In this document: positions 38,638-51,734 of the stretch, piece by piece
How the letters are laid out: each line of letters starts with the position of its first letter
Position numbering within the stretch: position 1 is the stretch's first letter
DNA from: the human T2T-CHM13v2.0 reference genome, Homo sapiens
NCBI RefSeq assembly: GCF_009914755.1
Contig: NC_060931.1
DNA: 64,000 nt
Direction: 5' to 3' (one strand)
The notes under the pieces: model-generated
Databases searched by the model: none
The model's input: the letters and a program-made list of their open reading frames with translations, nothing else
Told to the model about the DNA's origin: nothing
Position numbers and translations under genes: made by a program

Positions 38638-41600
38638 TAGACTCTTAAACAGCTCGCCAACATCCACATCAAACACCAGCCAGGCACACTCTGCACCCTG
38701 CCTGGTACCAACACACTTAACTCAAGCGTCCCAATTCACTTCAAGGCTAAACTTGACTGCGCTCGCACACTAGTGACAGAGTACTTGGGAGCCAAGCGCA
38801 GCCCTGTGTGGCACTGAGCAGCTCGGCCAGAACCTGATAGGACATCCTGGGCCTTGACACCAGGCCAGTGGGGTCTGGTCTTTAATTCTGTTTGGCCATG
38901 ACCTGGCTGGCTCCTACAGACTCTGGTGACAGAAAAGTGGGCATTGGCTGTGGGGTGGGGCAGGCAGAGGCCAGCTCACATCTTGGGGCCAGCACTTGCC
39001 AACCTGGGCTGCCAGCAAGTCCCTTGGTAGCACTGACCTTGGATTTATTTGAGACCAGATTGGGCAGCTGGGTGGGGACGAAGGAGTGGCTTCCAGCAGC
39101 CCCTCTCCTCTGACTCTCCTCCCTGGCTGGTAAATGTGAAGTAGAACCAGTCCTGACCCCAAAGTCAGCTTGGGCCATGCGGCAGGGACTGCCCATCCAG
39201 TCTCAGGGTGCAGGCCGGTTTAGGGGCTGAAAGGAGGCCATGGGCAGGTCCCGGCCATTCCTCCTAAAAGGAAAACTGCTCCTTGAGAATGACCCTATGA
39301 GTCCCTTCAGGGTAGTGACTTCTGTGTGCTGAGGACTGGCTCTGGGCAGGCCTGTGAGCTGCTCATGGCACCCATGAAACAGGGCTGTTGCTGCGTCACC
39401 CCAGCTTTCAGATGGGGGCATGGGAGCAAGGAGACTGGGTAGAAGTGGAGCTGGACCCCGTCACAGGAGGCCCCACTTGGAGCCTCGGGAGCAGCCCCCT
39501 CTTCATTTTCTTTCCGGCGGGACTTCTCGGAGCCCTTCAGATGCTGCCATAGTGGGCTGGACAAGCCTGCTCTCCCTCTGGAGATCTGGGGCGGGGAATT
39601 GGGGGGGTGGGCAGCGAGGACTTGGGGAGCCCAGTGGTAGGTCTGAGGCAGGAATAACCCCGGCCCAAGGTCTGGGGGCCAGGTCAGGATCCTCTGAGGG
39701 CAGCACAAGTCTACCAGAAAAGGTGAGGTGGTGTCGAAGGGGGTAGGCGGTGGAGGCAGACACCCCTCTCCTCCTGGGCACCCAGCACCTCTTGGGGTCC
39801 CAAGTGATCCAGTCAGGCCTGGGCAGCCCCGGGAGGCTGAGCCCTGTGATGAAGATGCAAGAGGGCGGCTCTTGCTGTGGCTTTCTGTGCATGTTTTGTT
39901 TTTAAAAGGCAACACGACAACCAGCAATTAACCCGCCAGCAGCTCCACCACCCGCAAGAAGCACCTGTGGACACATCCTGCAGCTGCCTGCTGCCTCAAG
40001 GTCAGGGCTCCCAGGGACCCTGGCAACCATGTCGGCAGCACCCTGCCCCTCTGCATGAACATGCATGACGGAGCTGGAGCCGAGGGCCTCGTCACTATTT
40101 GCCAGCCATATGGGGATGAACATAGCCATTCTGGGAGCCCAGGCCAGGCCAGTGGCTGCAGTAGGGCCACTTCCAGGCTACACACTGGGGGGTCCACAGC
40201 ATCTTCCCTCCATGGGGTCCACTTGGCCTTTCAGCTGGGGCCCCATTCCCAGTGCCCTTTTCAGGATCAGAACCATCCTCCAGCTTGCGGGGTGCAGCTC
40301 AGCTTTGAAACGGAGGTGTGGCTTGGAATTCCTTCCCTGTCACTGCCATGCTGTGGCATTTTGTGCAGGGCTATGGTTTAAGGCCTAAAGTTAAAGCCAA
40401 CAACATTACGTGCTACCTTGACACCCAGTGAAACCAGGAAGGCCCTGAACAGCCTAGCTTCATGTCCCCCACCGGACTCTGCTGCTGTGGCTAAGTACCC
40501 ACCCAGGCAAGCGTCCTCCCCACAAGGACTGGGCACAGCTCCTGCTTATGCCTGAGTAGTGAGATGCAGCTCTCTGCCAACCCATGGAATTATTCAAACC
40601 AGCCGAAACTGCCTCTGGTGGGAACCAGGGGCCACCTCACCTCGTTGTTACTCCAAAGCCTGCCTCCCCAGCCCCTGCCTGTTCACTGTGTCCTGAGTGC
40701 AGTATCCTCCTCTCTGGGCTCTGAGTATATGTGACAATAAAATGTCATCCACTCATCCATCCAGTGCTGGGTGTCTTGTGTTCAGTCATCCCCGTAACCC
40801 CAGGACAGGACTCCCGTGCTCACAAATCGGGTGAGTAGGAGGAGATTTAAACCAAGGTGCCTAGACTCTCCAGTCTAGGAAAACAACGGTGGCCCCCCAC
40901 AGGGCAGGCACAGTGACAGGAGGGGCTTGCTAGGCCATCCCTCCCAGCCCTGGTGCGATGGGTCCTCCACCTGGGGTCCCCCACCCCCGACACATACACG
41001 TCCCACCAAAGCCCATCTCTCCATAGACACCAGCTTGGCTTCCTCCGGAGACAGCCGGGACACTGGCTCAGGCCAGCCCCTGGGGGTGCAGGACCCACCC
41101 TGTCAGGGTCCTACTCTCAAAAATAAGGCCCAGACTCCAGGGCTGCACTCTTGACCACTGTGGCCTTATGTCCAGCCTCATCCTCTGCCCCCAACTCTGT
41201 CCATGTCCTTTTTGTCCTTTTCAGAGAGTGGACAGCTGCCCGGAGGTTCCCACTCATCCCTGAGCAGATGCCTGGGGACCCAACCCAGCCCGAGGCCCAA
41301 GGCCAGGGAGCACAGCCCGAGGCCAGGGAGCACAGTCCGGGGCAAGCACTGCCACATTTTTTAAGGTATTGAGGAGAAAGAACAGAGAGGACTGTGCAAC
41401 AGAAGCAAGTGGCCAGCAGTCCCGCACACTGCTATCAGGCCCTTTCCAGAATGCCCCCTACCACCTCCGGATGAGAGCATCTGCACACATCCGCCCTCCC
41501 CAGCAGGAGAGGCTGAGGCCCTCACATTCACCCACGGGGCTCTTCTAACCCCCAATAACCTCAATAAACCCTCCATGACCTTCTGTAGGCTAATCACTCC

Positions 41601-42935
41601 ACACCGAGCTGGAGTCGGGGCTCCCCCAGGTGACATGCAGACAATGGAAACATCGTGACCTCAGAGCCGCTGTGCAGACCTGTCACAGGACTGCAGCTTC
41701 TGGCCCTGGGGACAGAGGACCGTGGCTGCCCACAGGGGAGACACACAACCAGGGCCCCCAGGACCTTCCAGGGCTCCCTGCAGCTGTTCCCCCTCGAGCT
41801 TTGCCCTGGATCTCCAGCTCTCCAGACTTTCCCATCAGCAGCCAGACCAGCACAACAGAGACCAAAGCTCTGCCATTCCCAAGCTCGGTTCCCACCCAGG
41901 CCTCAAACCCGCACCTTTCGGGCTTCCCCGCTCCTGCCCAAGTCGTCCCGGGCACCTGGGCACTCCGAATCCCCTTCTCCTTCCATCGGTGGTCACTACC
42001 ACTCCCCAACCAGCTCAGTCCTTAAGTGGAATCTTCAAAACACTCTTCTCCTCCCACCTGTTCAACTCTGTTTATTAAGGAGGTACTATGTGCAAAGCAG
42101 GAGGCCTGCCCTTGCTGGGCCTACAGTCTGCTGGCGGGTGGCCTGGAGGGAGCAAGGGGCGGTGAGCAGGAAGGACCAGGGGAGGGGGCTGTGCCCACAC
42201 TGGCAGAACCAGGTCTTCAAACCTTGGGCCCACAGGCTGTGGGTTCAGCCATCTCCCCAATCCTCACTCACCTCCTGGAACCGGCAGAGCCTGGAAGTAA
42301 GGATCCCACCAGATGTGGGAACTGTCAGTGCTAGAAAAGCCAGGCAGCATGGAGGGCAACCCTCCATCTATTTTACAGAAAAGAGGAGTGAGGCAGGGAG
42401 GCGATGGTCTTTAGGGGCCAGAACCCAGCTCCCAGGTCTCCCCTCTGCCGGGAGCCTTTTCTGCCACTGACAAGCCCCTGACCCTGCAAGATGAGTGGCT
42501 GGAAATGCGGAAGGACGCAAAGGGGTCCTCCGTGACAACTCCTCCCCTCCCCTCCCTCCCTTCCCTGGCTCAGGGGTTCCTCCCTCACCCCCTCCAAATG
42601 CCAACAGGGTGGGCCCTGCTCCTGCATCCAGTTCAGGATGCATTTGTCTTCCCCAGGGGTCATGGAGGCTCAGGAACCTGGCATTGGACCCTGACCGGCA
42701 GGTTTTGGGACTCGGTGTCTACACAGGGCCACACCCAGAACCAGAGAGCAGGAGGTCATGATGCTGCCCACCCTTTCTCCACCTGACAGATGGGGCCAGC
42801 AAGGGCCAGCACCCTCCGCGCAGCCCGGCTCCCTGTTCTCCTGGTCCTCTTCAGGGCCGCTTTCTAGAAGCCTTCGATTAAACCAATTCAGTTTCCAAAG
42901 TAATGACAAAGTCCTGTCTCTTAACAGTCTGGCTG

Positions 42936-43136
42936 AGCATTGCCAGATAAAACACAGGGTGCCCAGTTAAATGACAAAGGACAAAATTTGTTTTCGGTAT
43001 AAGTTTGTCTCAATTTCAGATACACAACAAATAATTTTTAGTTTAAGTAAGTGTGTCCCACGCAATTTGGGACACACAGTGCTTATTTTACATCTTTTGA
43101 TTGTAAATCATACTTAACTGCTAAATCCAGCAGCCT
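42936..43136. mobile_element. MER53 palindromic DNA element
   Basis: ttgccagataaaacacagggtgcccagttaaat...tttcagata...aataatttttagt...tgtccca...tgggaca...gctaaatccagcagcct matches the MER53 layout as recalled. Confidence 0.8.
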
Positions 43137-45136
43137 AGCCTCGTTCCTTCATTGCTCCTAGGTGGCCCTCCCCCTGGGAGGGGCAGGCATGCGGTGCCCC
43201 CACTGAGCCCCCAGAAGGCCTGCCTCCCAGCTCCCCTAACTCCTTCTGTACCTGGATGCAGGGTCCCTTCCCCATAATCCCAATTCAGGGACCATCCCCA
43301 TCCTGTTGAAGGCTGACCCTGGGGCAGGGGAGGGGTCGTTTCCCAGGGATTCCCCCAACTCCTGGCCACCCTCCAAATCCCTAGAGAGCAAACTTAAAGG
43401 CAGAGTGGGCCAAGAGTTCGGTGGGGGTCCAAGCTCTAAAGCTGTTCCCTCAGGCTGGAAGCCACCCAGGGAGGTTAGGGTAGGGAAGCAGAGGAGGTCT
43501 CCCAGCAGGGAGGAGGTGGGGAGAGAAGCCAGAGGGGAAAGAGGGGCAGGGGGAGGGGAGAAGAGAGGAGGGCAGGGCCCCTGAGCCGGGGAGGAGGGAA
43601 AGGGGCGGGTCTCCAGGCTGGGAGGGGAGGGTCCCTGGGCTGGGAGGGGTGCTGCTGCCACAGGCGCATGCTCAGCTGTCCCTGCAATGCGGCGCCTTGT
43701 CCTCTATTAACCCAGTTCCGCGGATTCTGCCGACCAGGCACTCATTATCCCCCTGAGCAGGGGTCGTTTTCTGGCTGTGGATTGCGCGGGAGCCACAAGA
43801 AAACTGCAGTACCGGCTGCAGTAGGAAAGCCCCGGAGGCAGCACCCCCCCGCCACCCACTGCACAAAGGGGTCCCAGGCAGGCAGGCTTCTGGCTGGGGA
43901 AAGGGGGGGCGTGCAGGCTTCCCTGGGGTGCGGGCTCAGCCCCAGCCCCAATGATCAGAGACCTCAAGATGGTCCCTGTCCATCACGCCTTTGGGCAGGG
44001 AGTGTCCCCCCAAGACAGAAGGGTCCCTGGGGAGACCAGGTGCCCCAGAAAGGGAGCTGGGGTGAGCTGCGCATGGGCCTGCAGGCAGGAAGAGGACAGT
44101 GGTGATACTGATCTCTCTGTGGGGTGAGCCTCGGGCCTGGGAGGTGAGCCCCACTTGTGAGGTCAGCCCCACCTGGGAGCCCCACGCTGGCCGAACCCTC
44201 GGCCTGCCTCAGCTGGGTGAAATCTAGAGTCCTCCACATCCCGGCTCTGCTAACCACCAGCTAGGGGACCCCGTCCACCTCTCAGCTTCTTCGGGACTCA
44301 GCTTTCCCCCCATGTGAAAGGGGAGCCCACGCTCAGCTCAGAGGGTGGGAGGACATGAGACAGCGTCGATGATGCCAGGAGCTCCACCCTGAGCTGAAGG
44401 GCCATTCCAGGGCACGGACCCTGCACCAGGCTCTCCACAGCATGGGCCGCTAACCAGGGTCACCCCGCTGCACTGCTTCCTACGCACGCTTCCCTCTACA
44501 CAGGGCGTCCAACAAGGCACAACAAAACTGTCCCCAAAAGAACAGCCGTTCATTGTGGACAATGAGCAGCAGGGGCTGGGCAAGCGGGCGGGGGGTTGGG
44601 GTAGGGGGTAGATAACAACAAGACATGTTTTAAGACTTGTGTGCCTAATGATCTCTTTACCCCCGTCAATTAATTTCCTCTAACTGCTTTTGTTAACAGT
44701 AGTTTAATAATCTCTCATTATTCAGTACATTCACCAACTTTGAATGTCTCACAATCCTCCATTTAATTAAGTATTAAATATTAAAAAATCGAACTGTTAC
44801 AGCTTTGGCACCAGCTGGTGCAGTTCTGCAGTGTCCGCGTGGCCGAGTATTTCGGTAAGTGGGGGCCTGAGTGTTTCTGGAGTGGCATCCTCCTTCCTGG
44901 AGCTGCATGCTACCAGCCGCTTCTCATCACCAGGAGCCTTGAAGGACCAAGGCCGCCCTGCTCGGGCCCGGACATGAGTGAGTGTGGGGACACAGCACTC
45001 CTAGTGACTCTCAAGGAGTGAGCGAGGCCCCTCCACTGGCGCTAGACCCAAATCAGGGGTGAAATGCAGCCGGGGAGGCTGCTGGAGCCTCCCCCACAAG
45101 GCCCAAGGGCCCAGAATCCTTCTCCCCCACCAACCC

Positions 45137-45312
45137 TTGCTCTCTGGGTCCCCTCCCCATCCCCCACCTCCCTGAATAGCAGGGGGGAAGGCCATTGCTC
45201 TCTGGGTCCCCTCTCCATCCCCCACCTCCCTGAATAGCAGGGGGGAAGGCCATTGCTCTCTGGGTCCCCTCTCCATCCTCTACCTCCCTGAATAGCAGTG
45301 GGGAAGGCCATT
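45137..45312. repeat. 58-bp minisatellite, 3 copies
   Basis: Units start at 45137, 45195 and 45253 (ttgctctctgggtcccct...cctgaatagcag...gaaggcca). Confidence 0.95.
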
Positions 45313-45729
45313 TTGGGGAAGCCCCTGCCCCACCACGATGGGAAGGAGAGAGCCAGACACCCAGGCAGAGCCTGGGCCCAGCCCCTGGTTAGGAAGGGTG
45401 TTATGCTCTCCCACGTTTTCACAGGCTCTGGGCTGGGAGCCAGGAGGCCATCAGATGAACCAGCTGCATCTGCCCTCAAGGAGCACATGGTCAGTTGAGA
45501 AACAGCCAGGGGCGCCTGCCATGGGGCCTGGGGAGTTCCAGGCAGGGTGGCAGGCTGCCCGTGGGACGATCCAGGACAGCTTCATGGAGGAGGGGGCCCT
45601 GGGGCCTGCAGGTTGGGTGGGCCAGACGACACCAGAAAGCTACTGGGTATTCACGAGGGGTCCTCCGCAGCAGGACGCAGAGGGTCTGGCCAGGAAGGGA
45701 GGCAGCGATGTGGAGAGGGATGGTCTCAG

Positions 45730-45835
45730 AGCTTTGCAACATCCCTGTGAGGTAGATACTTTACAGCTGGGGAAACTGAGGTCTAGGATGACTGAGTAAC
45801 CTGGCCACGGTCAGACAGCTGGGCAGTCAGGGTTG
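45730..45835 (-). mobile_element. MIR fragment
   Basis: caacatccctgtgaggtag...tttacagctggggaaactgagg...gagtaacctggccacggtcagacagct. Confidence 0.7.
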
Positions 45836-46504
45836 AAGCAGGACATTCACCTGGAGGTGCGTGTCCCACAGTGAAGCTCTGGGGCTCCATCCAAGACCCC
45901 ATCCCTCACCTCCCCCATTCCTCCTCAGCTAGGAAAGCCCAAAGGGCCTGGGAGGGTTGGGGAACCTCAGGTCCCCGCATGGGGGAGGCAGCCCAGGGCA
46001 GCAGAGGCCACAGGACAGAGCACCCAGACTGAGATGGGTGGTGAGTGCAGGATTCTGCCTGCAGAAGAGGGCCAGGAGGAAGTGCCAAGCATCCTTCCTC
46101 TACGGTCTCAGCAGACCGTCCAGCGCTGTCACCGCCCACCCCAAGAGGCAGGCTGGGGGCAGGAGAGGGGACACCAAAGCAACACCCACAGCATCTGGGC
46201 AAGGCCAGCTCTGTCTGGGTCATTTTCTGGAGACCCAGATTTCAACTCCAAGGGGATGAGGTTCCCTCAAAGCCGGGGTGGTAGGGCCAGCTCCCTCATC
46301 AAGAGTTCTGAGGCTCCACTGTGATCTATGCTGTGTGGCTACAGCGGGGCCCCCGGGGTGTGAACTGCACACCTCAGGGATGCTACCCAGGAGCAGGACT
46401 CAAGCACCAAGGGCAGACAACCCAATTGTGCAGGGCCGTGTGACCCAAAGGTTCAATTCTGAGGAAACCTCTGAATCATTAGAAACACAAACACAGGCTG
46501 CATA

Positions 46505-46760
46505 TGAGATGGTATCAAGGAATTACTGTCCATTTTTCAGAATGATAAAGCTCCTGTGGCTGTTTTTGGAACCCTTTTCTGCTAGGGATGCATGCTGAGA
46601 TATTTATGCACTGAATGGTAAACATCCCAGGGTCTGGGGCCCAGATGGAACAAGACTGGCTAAGAATTGATAACTGTTGAAGCTGGGTTCGTTCTATCAT
46701 TTTCTCTGTATTTGGGAGTGTTTGAAATTTTCCACCATAAAAAGTTAAATAGGAAAAAAA
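46505..46760 (+). mobile_element. Old L1 (L1MC/ME-type) 3' end
   Basis: gaattgataactgttgaagctggg...tgtttgaaattttccaccataaaaagttaa followed by an A-rich end. Confidence 0.65.
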
Positions 46761-49700
46761 TGCCCAAGAAAATGGCAGGGTGAGGCTGTGCAGCCCTGGG
46801 CGGAGGGCCTGTGTACAACTCGAGGCAAAGCAGAAAGGGGTCGGCCTGCCCTCTGGAGCCACACACGGCTGGGTATCCCTGCCCCTGCCCAGAGAGGCAT
46901 CCTGCGGGAAGGTCACAGCAGGGAGCTGGCTGCTGAGAATGCCAGGCAGCCCCCTGGCTGGCTACCCCTTCCTCCCACCACCCTACCCAGCTTGCATCGA
47001 ATGAGTAAACAGGCTAGGCATACAGCTTGAGAGGCACAAGCACCTGGGAGCAAGGCCTGTGATGAGCCACAGGGCAACACAAAGCAGCTCAGCTCTGCAG
47101 CTTGTGTGGTCAGCAGGGTCTCCAGGGCGCAGCCATCCTCTCACTCAGATTCCCACTACCCTAAATCCTTCTGACTCATAGAGCACTTTGAGAATATAAA
47201 TAGGGGTTGTGAGGTTAATTTAGAGGAGCTATGTAATTCCACAAAAACATACTCGGGTAGTTTTCTGCTTGACCCTAACAAACTCCTACTCATCCCTCAA
47301 CGCCCATGCAACACAACTTTTGGAGTGAACGAGCACAAGACAGGTCAGTGGCAGCGCAACTCCACTTTTAGGACTGCCTCAGGACTGCCTCTCCCAGGCC
47401 CCACCCAGCACACAGCGTCGTAGCTGCTGGTTTCAGGGTGTATCTGCTCATCTCTGTGTCCTCCGTGTAAACCTGTTACATGAGTGAGAGTCTATGTCTA
47501 GGGTGTGTCTAAAGGGGTTCCTCTCTCCTCCTCCCGAGGTCTCGCACAATTGAGGAACGAGACAGAATGTGCAGAGGGGCCAGGAAGCCCTGGGTCTGAC
47601 ATGCCCCATGGTCCCTGGCCGAGGAGAAGCAGGCAGAGACAAAGTGATCCCAAAGGAGAGGCTGGCAGCACTGTGCTGCCCTGCATGGGCCCACAGGTGT
47701 GGGCCTGGTATCCAGGAGGGAGGGAAGGCCCCACGGGTCTCAATCTGTGGAGAGAGGGGCCACACTACACACATATGTCACCAGGCCACAGGGCACGAGG
47801 TGGTGCTACCTCACACGTATGGCCCTGGGAAGTGCATGTCAGAGCTGTGGGTCTAGGTGGACAAGGCTTTGGAGGCCCCTGATAAGGAAGGGCCCGAGGT
47901 GGGTGGGGGTGGCTGCTGACCTTCACGGACAGATGGAAAAGCAGGAGGGAGACAGCCAGCTATGGATTCTGGTTTCCTAAGCTAATAAATTTGCACAGGC
48001 TTTTAAAACACCAAGTTGACCAGCAAGCAACATTTTTGCCAAACTCAATTCACTGACACATGTCACGGAGCTTCTCCTGAGTGTGGGGTCTCAGTGGCTC
48101 TGCCAACGTCATCAGGAATTAGCTACAGCCAGAAAAGTAGCAGCCTTCGTTCAACAGAACATCACACAGCAGTGGGAAGGGATCCATCCCACAGACACAC
48201 CCCAGAACATCACCCGAGCACAAGACAGGTCACAGCGGCAGCGCAACTCCACTTTCAGGCTCAGACACAAGCAGGTGAAACGCCCATGTGGCAAAACAAC
48301 AGAGAAACGAGGCAGGGATGAGCATAAAACCAGGAGAGGGATGAGGGGAAGGGGGTGCCTGGAAGGCTCCAACATGAAGTGTTTGAGGTTCCTGCTCTTC
48401 CTGGCTTAGGGACCCCACCTTTGTGCTGGGTGATACTCCCCCCACCCCCAGAACATTTCACTCTAGTGCCTCCACCAGTGCCAGCCACAGAACGTCAGGG
48501 AACACAGAAGCCTCCTGGGCTCACCAAGCCGTGCACACAGCAACCACGCGGGAGGCGCTGGCTTTAACATGACTGCTGTCATCGCAGGGTGGCCGTGGGA
48601 CCTGAGCTGGGCCTGGCATCTCTTCAGGTCTCAGTTTCAAGCCTGCTAGAGAAAGGCTGCACTGGGCAGTGCCAGGACTCAGGGTCCAGCGGGGCCACCA
48701 GACACTTGTGGGTCTTCATCCATGATGGGGCAGCCACGGGACATATGAGCTGCTCCCTGGGGCCAGGAGGACAGCAGGCTGTGGCCCACACTTGATCATC
48801 CCCGTGCCTGGGCTCAAGCCAGCAGCAGTCCCTGGGTGGTCACGGAGAAAATCTGGCCACCGCAGATGACCACACTGACCCACGACTCCCAGCGGCACAG
48901 CTTTGCAGGACAGCAGAGGCAGCTCGGATCCTGTGGTCCCGGTATGGCAGCCCACTCAGGGTCTGTGCACTCAGCAGACACCCCAGGACCCTGGCCAGGC
49001 CTCTCGGCATCAGCAGCTTCCTGCCCTCTGCTCCCGGCGACATCTGCCCCCCAGCACCCCAATCACCCTTGGTCACACCCATAATGACACACTCAGGCTC
49101 TCAACCACACGGCTCAGTCTCTGGAGCCTTACTGGACATCCCTCCTGAGTCTGGACTGAAATCCTGGTTACAGAGGCCACTCCCTCCTCCTCCCACCTGC
49201 TTGTCCAAACACCCCAGAGCTCATCGAAGCTGACCCTTGGAGCAAGTGGCCTTCAGCTCTGCCCACTGCTCTCCCGGCCAGGGGCCACCTCCAGGACCCC
49301 CACCTGCCTCACTCCAGGCCCCTTGGGAACCTGAAGCATCTTCCCAAGCAGGAACCAGAAGGACCTCTCATTCTCCCAGCTCATCCTGGGCTGGTCCCAG
49401 CCTAACTGCCGGAGGGCCAGACAGTCCCATTCCAGAGGCTCTACCATGCTCCACACATGCACCTACACATGCATGTGCACGTAGACACGTGTGTGAACAT
49501 GCACAGGTACGCTCACGCACACATAGACCTCCTCTCCATGGCACCCTGTGACAGGCAGGGAGTGTCCAGGCCTCAGGGATGTCACCCAGAGACCCACAGG
49601 AACTGGCCACAGGCACAACTGAGCACCGCCCACTTATGACCAGTTCTCTGTCTTGATCAAGAAAAAACAAGCTGACTGCCCTAGGTCCTGGAACACAGCC

Positions 49701-50721
49701 TGGCCCACCCACCCCACCACGGGCTGGGCCCCAGGGGGCCAAAAGAGCTGACCAGCAGGCGGCCCACTTCCAGCTGTGCAGTCACAGGGCAGAAGGGACA
49801 CCCAGGCCCCCGCAATGTGTGGAGAATGGTTGGGAGCGCATGCCTCTGGAGCTGCCCCAGCCCACTCCTCAGTGTCCCTGCTGAACCCTCTGCAGTGTCA
49901 CCCTCCCATGGCCCCTCGTGGGCTGGGACACACACATGGGGACTGACCCAGCCCTGGGCACCGCCAAGCCCCTTCGTGGCTCAGTGACGAGGAGGCAGAC
50001 AAGGGCTGGGACAGGAGCAGGTCCCACTGCAGCCTAAAGGACCTCCCCACAGCCTGGTGTCAGGGAATGCTCCCAAGAAGGGGAAACACTGATGGCCTAA
50101 TACACAGCAGTCGCTCAAACAACGCCGACACATCGCTCCACAAATGGCACAGGCCCGCCCCCACAGGTGGCTGGATCACTGTAAACTGCAGGCCACAGAC
50201 AGTAGGCAGCTCTCCCACCAACCCAGAGGAGGCCCGTCTCTGCCCACATTAGGCCCTCAGCATCTGGCAGCCTGGCCAGATGGGTCAGGGCCTCTCCAGC
50301 TCCCAATTAGCTCAGATTTGTGCCTGGATGCTAATCAAGGCTGCTGGTGGTGCCCTGGGAGGGGAGGGGCTCAGAGAGGCAGACAGGGGCTTCGCTTGGC
50401 TCCCTCTACCAGGGCATCATCCGGCCAGCCCCTCCTCCATGGAACCCCACCATACGGGGCAGTGACATGGGGCTGCCACCTCAGTGAGGCAGCCCACCCT
50501 TCCTGCACCCACCTCCACAGCCCCACCTGGCGCTCTGGCACACCCCACCTTGGGGCTCCAGCAGGACCCCTGCCATAGTCCCTCCCCACCACCTCCTCAG
50601 ATCTGTGCTCCAACCACAGCAGCTGCCCCGGGAGGCCTCTGCCCATCATCATCAGATTTGCTGTGTGCTGATTTTGGGTTTTGTTTGTCCTCGACCTGCC
50701 CCACAGGACAAGGACAGCACA

Positions 50722-50786
50722 AGGACAGGGAGACCCCACAAGGGCAGGGAGACCCCGTGAGGGCAGGGAGACCCCGTGAGGGCAGG
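50722..50786. repeat. 19-bp tandem repeat, ~3 copies
   Basis: agggcagggagaccccgtg repeated. Confidence 0.8.
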
Positions 50787-51260
50787 AGCCTGTCTGCTCC
50801 ATCACTGCCTGCAGTGCCCAGAGCTGATCATTGCCAGCAGGGCTCTGGAGGCCCGTGATGGGGCATATCCACATGCTGAGGGCCACTTGGGGCCAGCACC
50901 ACTCAAGGCCCTTCCTCGCACACACCCTGCACGTCTGAGAAGCCCTCCCAGGACAGGCGGAGTGCCCTGCCACTATGTAGAAGACTTGGGCTCTGTTAGT
51001 TAGGAAACTGCCAGGTCACCTCCCAGTAGGCCATGACGCCAGGACTCTGCTGTCAGAAGGCAGATGGCCAACCGCAGCACTGCCCGGTCACCTGAAACTT
51101 TGTCACTGAGCTCTCATCTGGCCCACGGCTCTCAGGGCAGATGACACCACCCAACCACCATGGCGGCCTGGCCACCTTGAACCTCTTCCCCTCCAGCTCT
51201 GGGGGCAGAGACCCCCATACACGGGATGGGGAGGTGAAAGTGGGCCCTGAGAACAACCTA

Positions 51261-51734
<474 letters not shown>

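Noticed and set aside
45137-45312. CRISPR-like array
   Set aside because: Eukaryotic DNA; the units are contiguous tandem copies without unique spacers.
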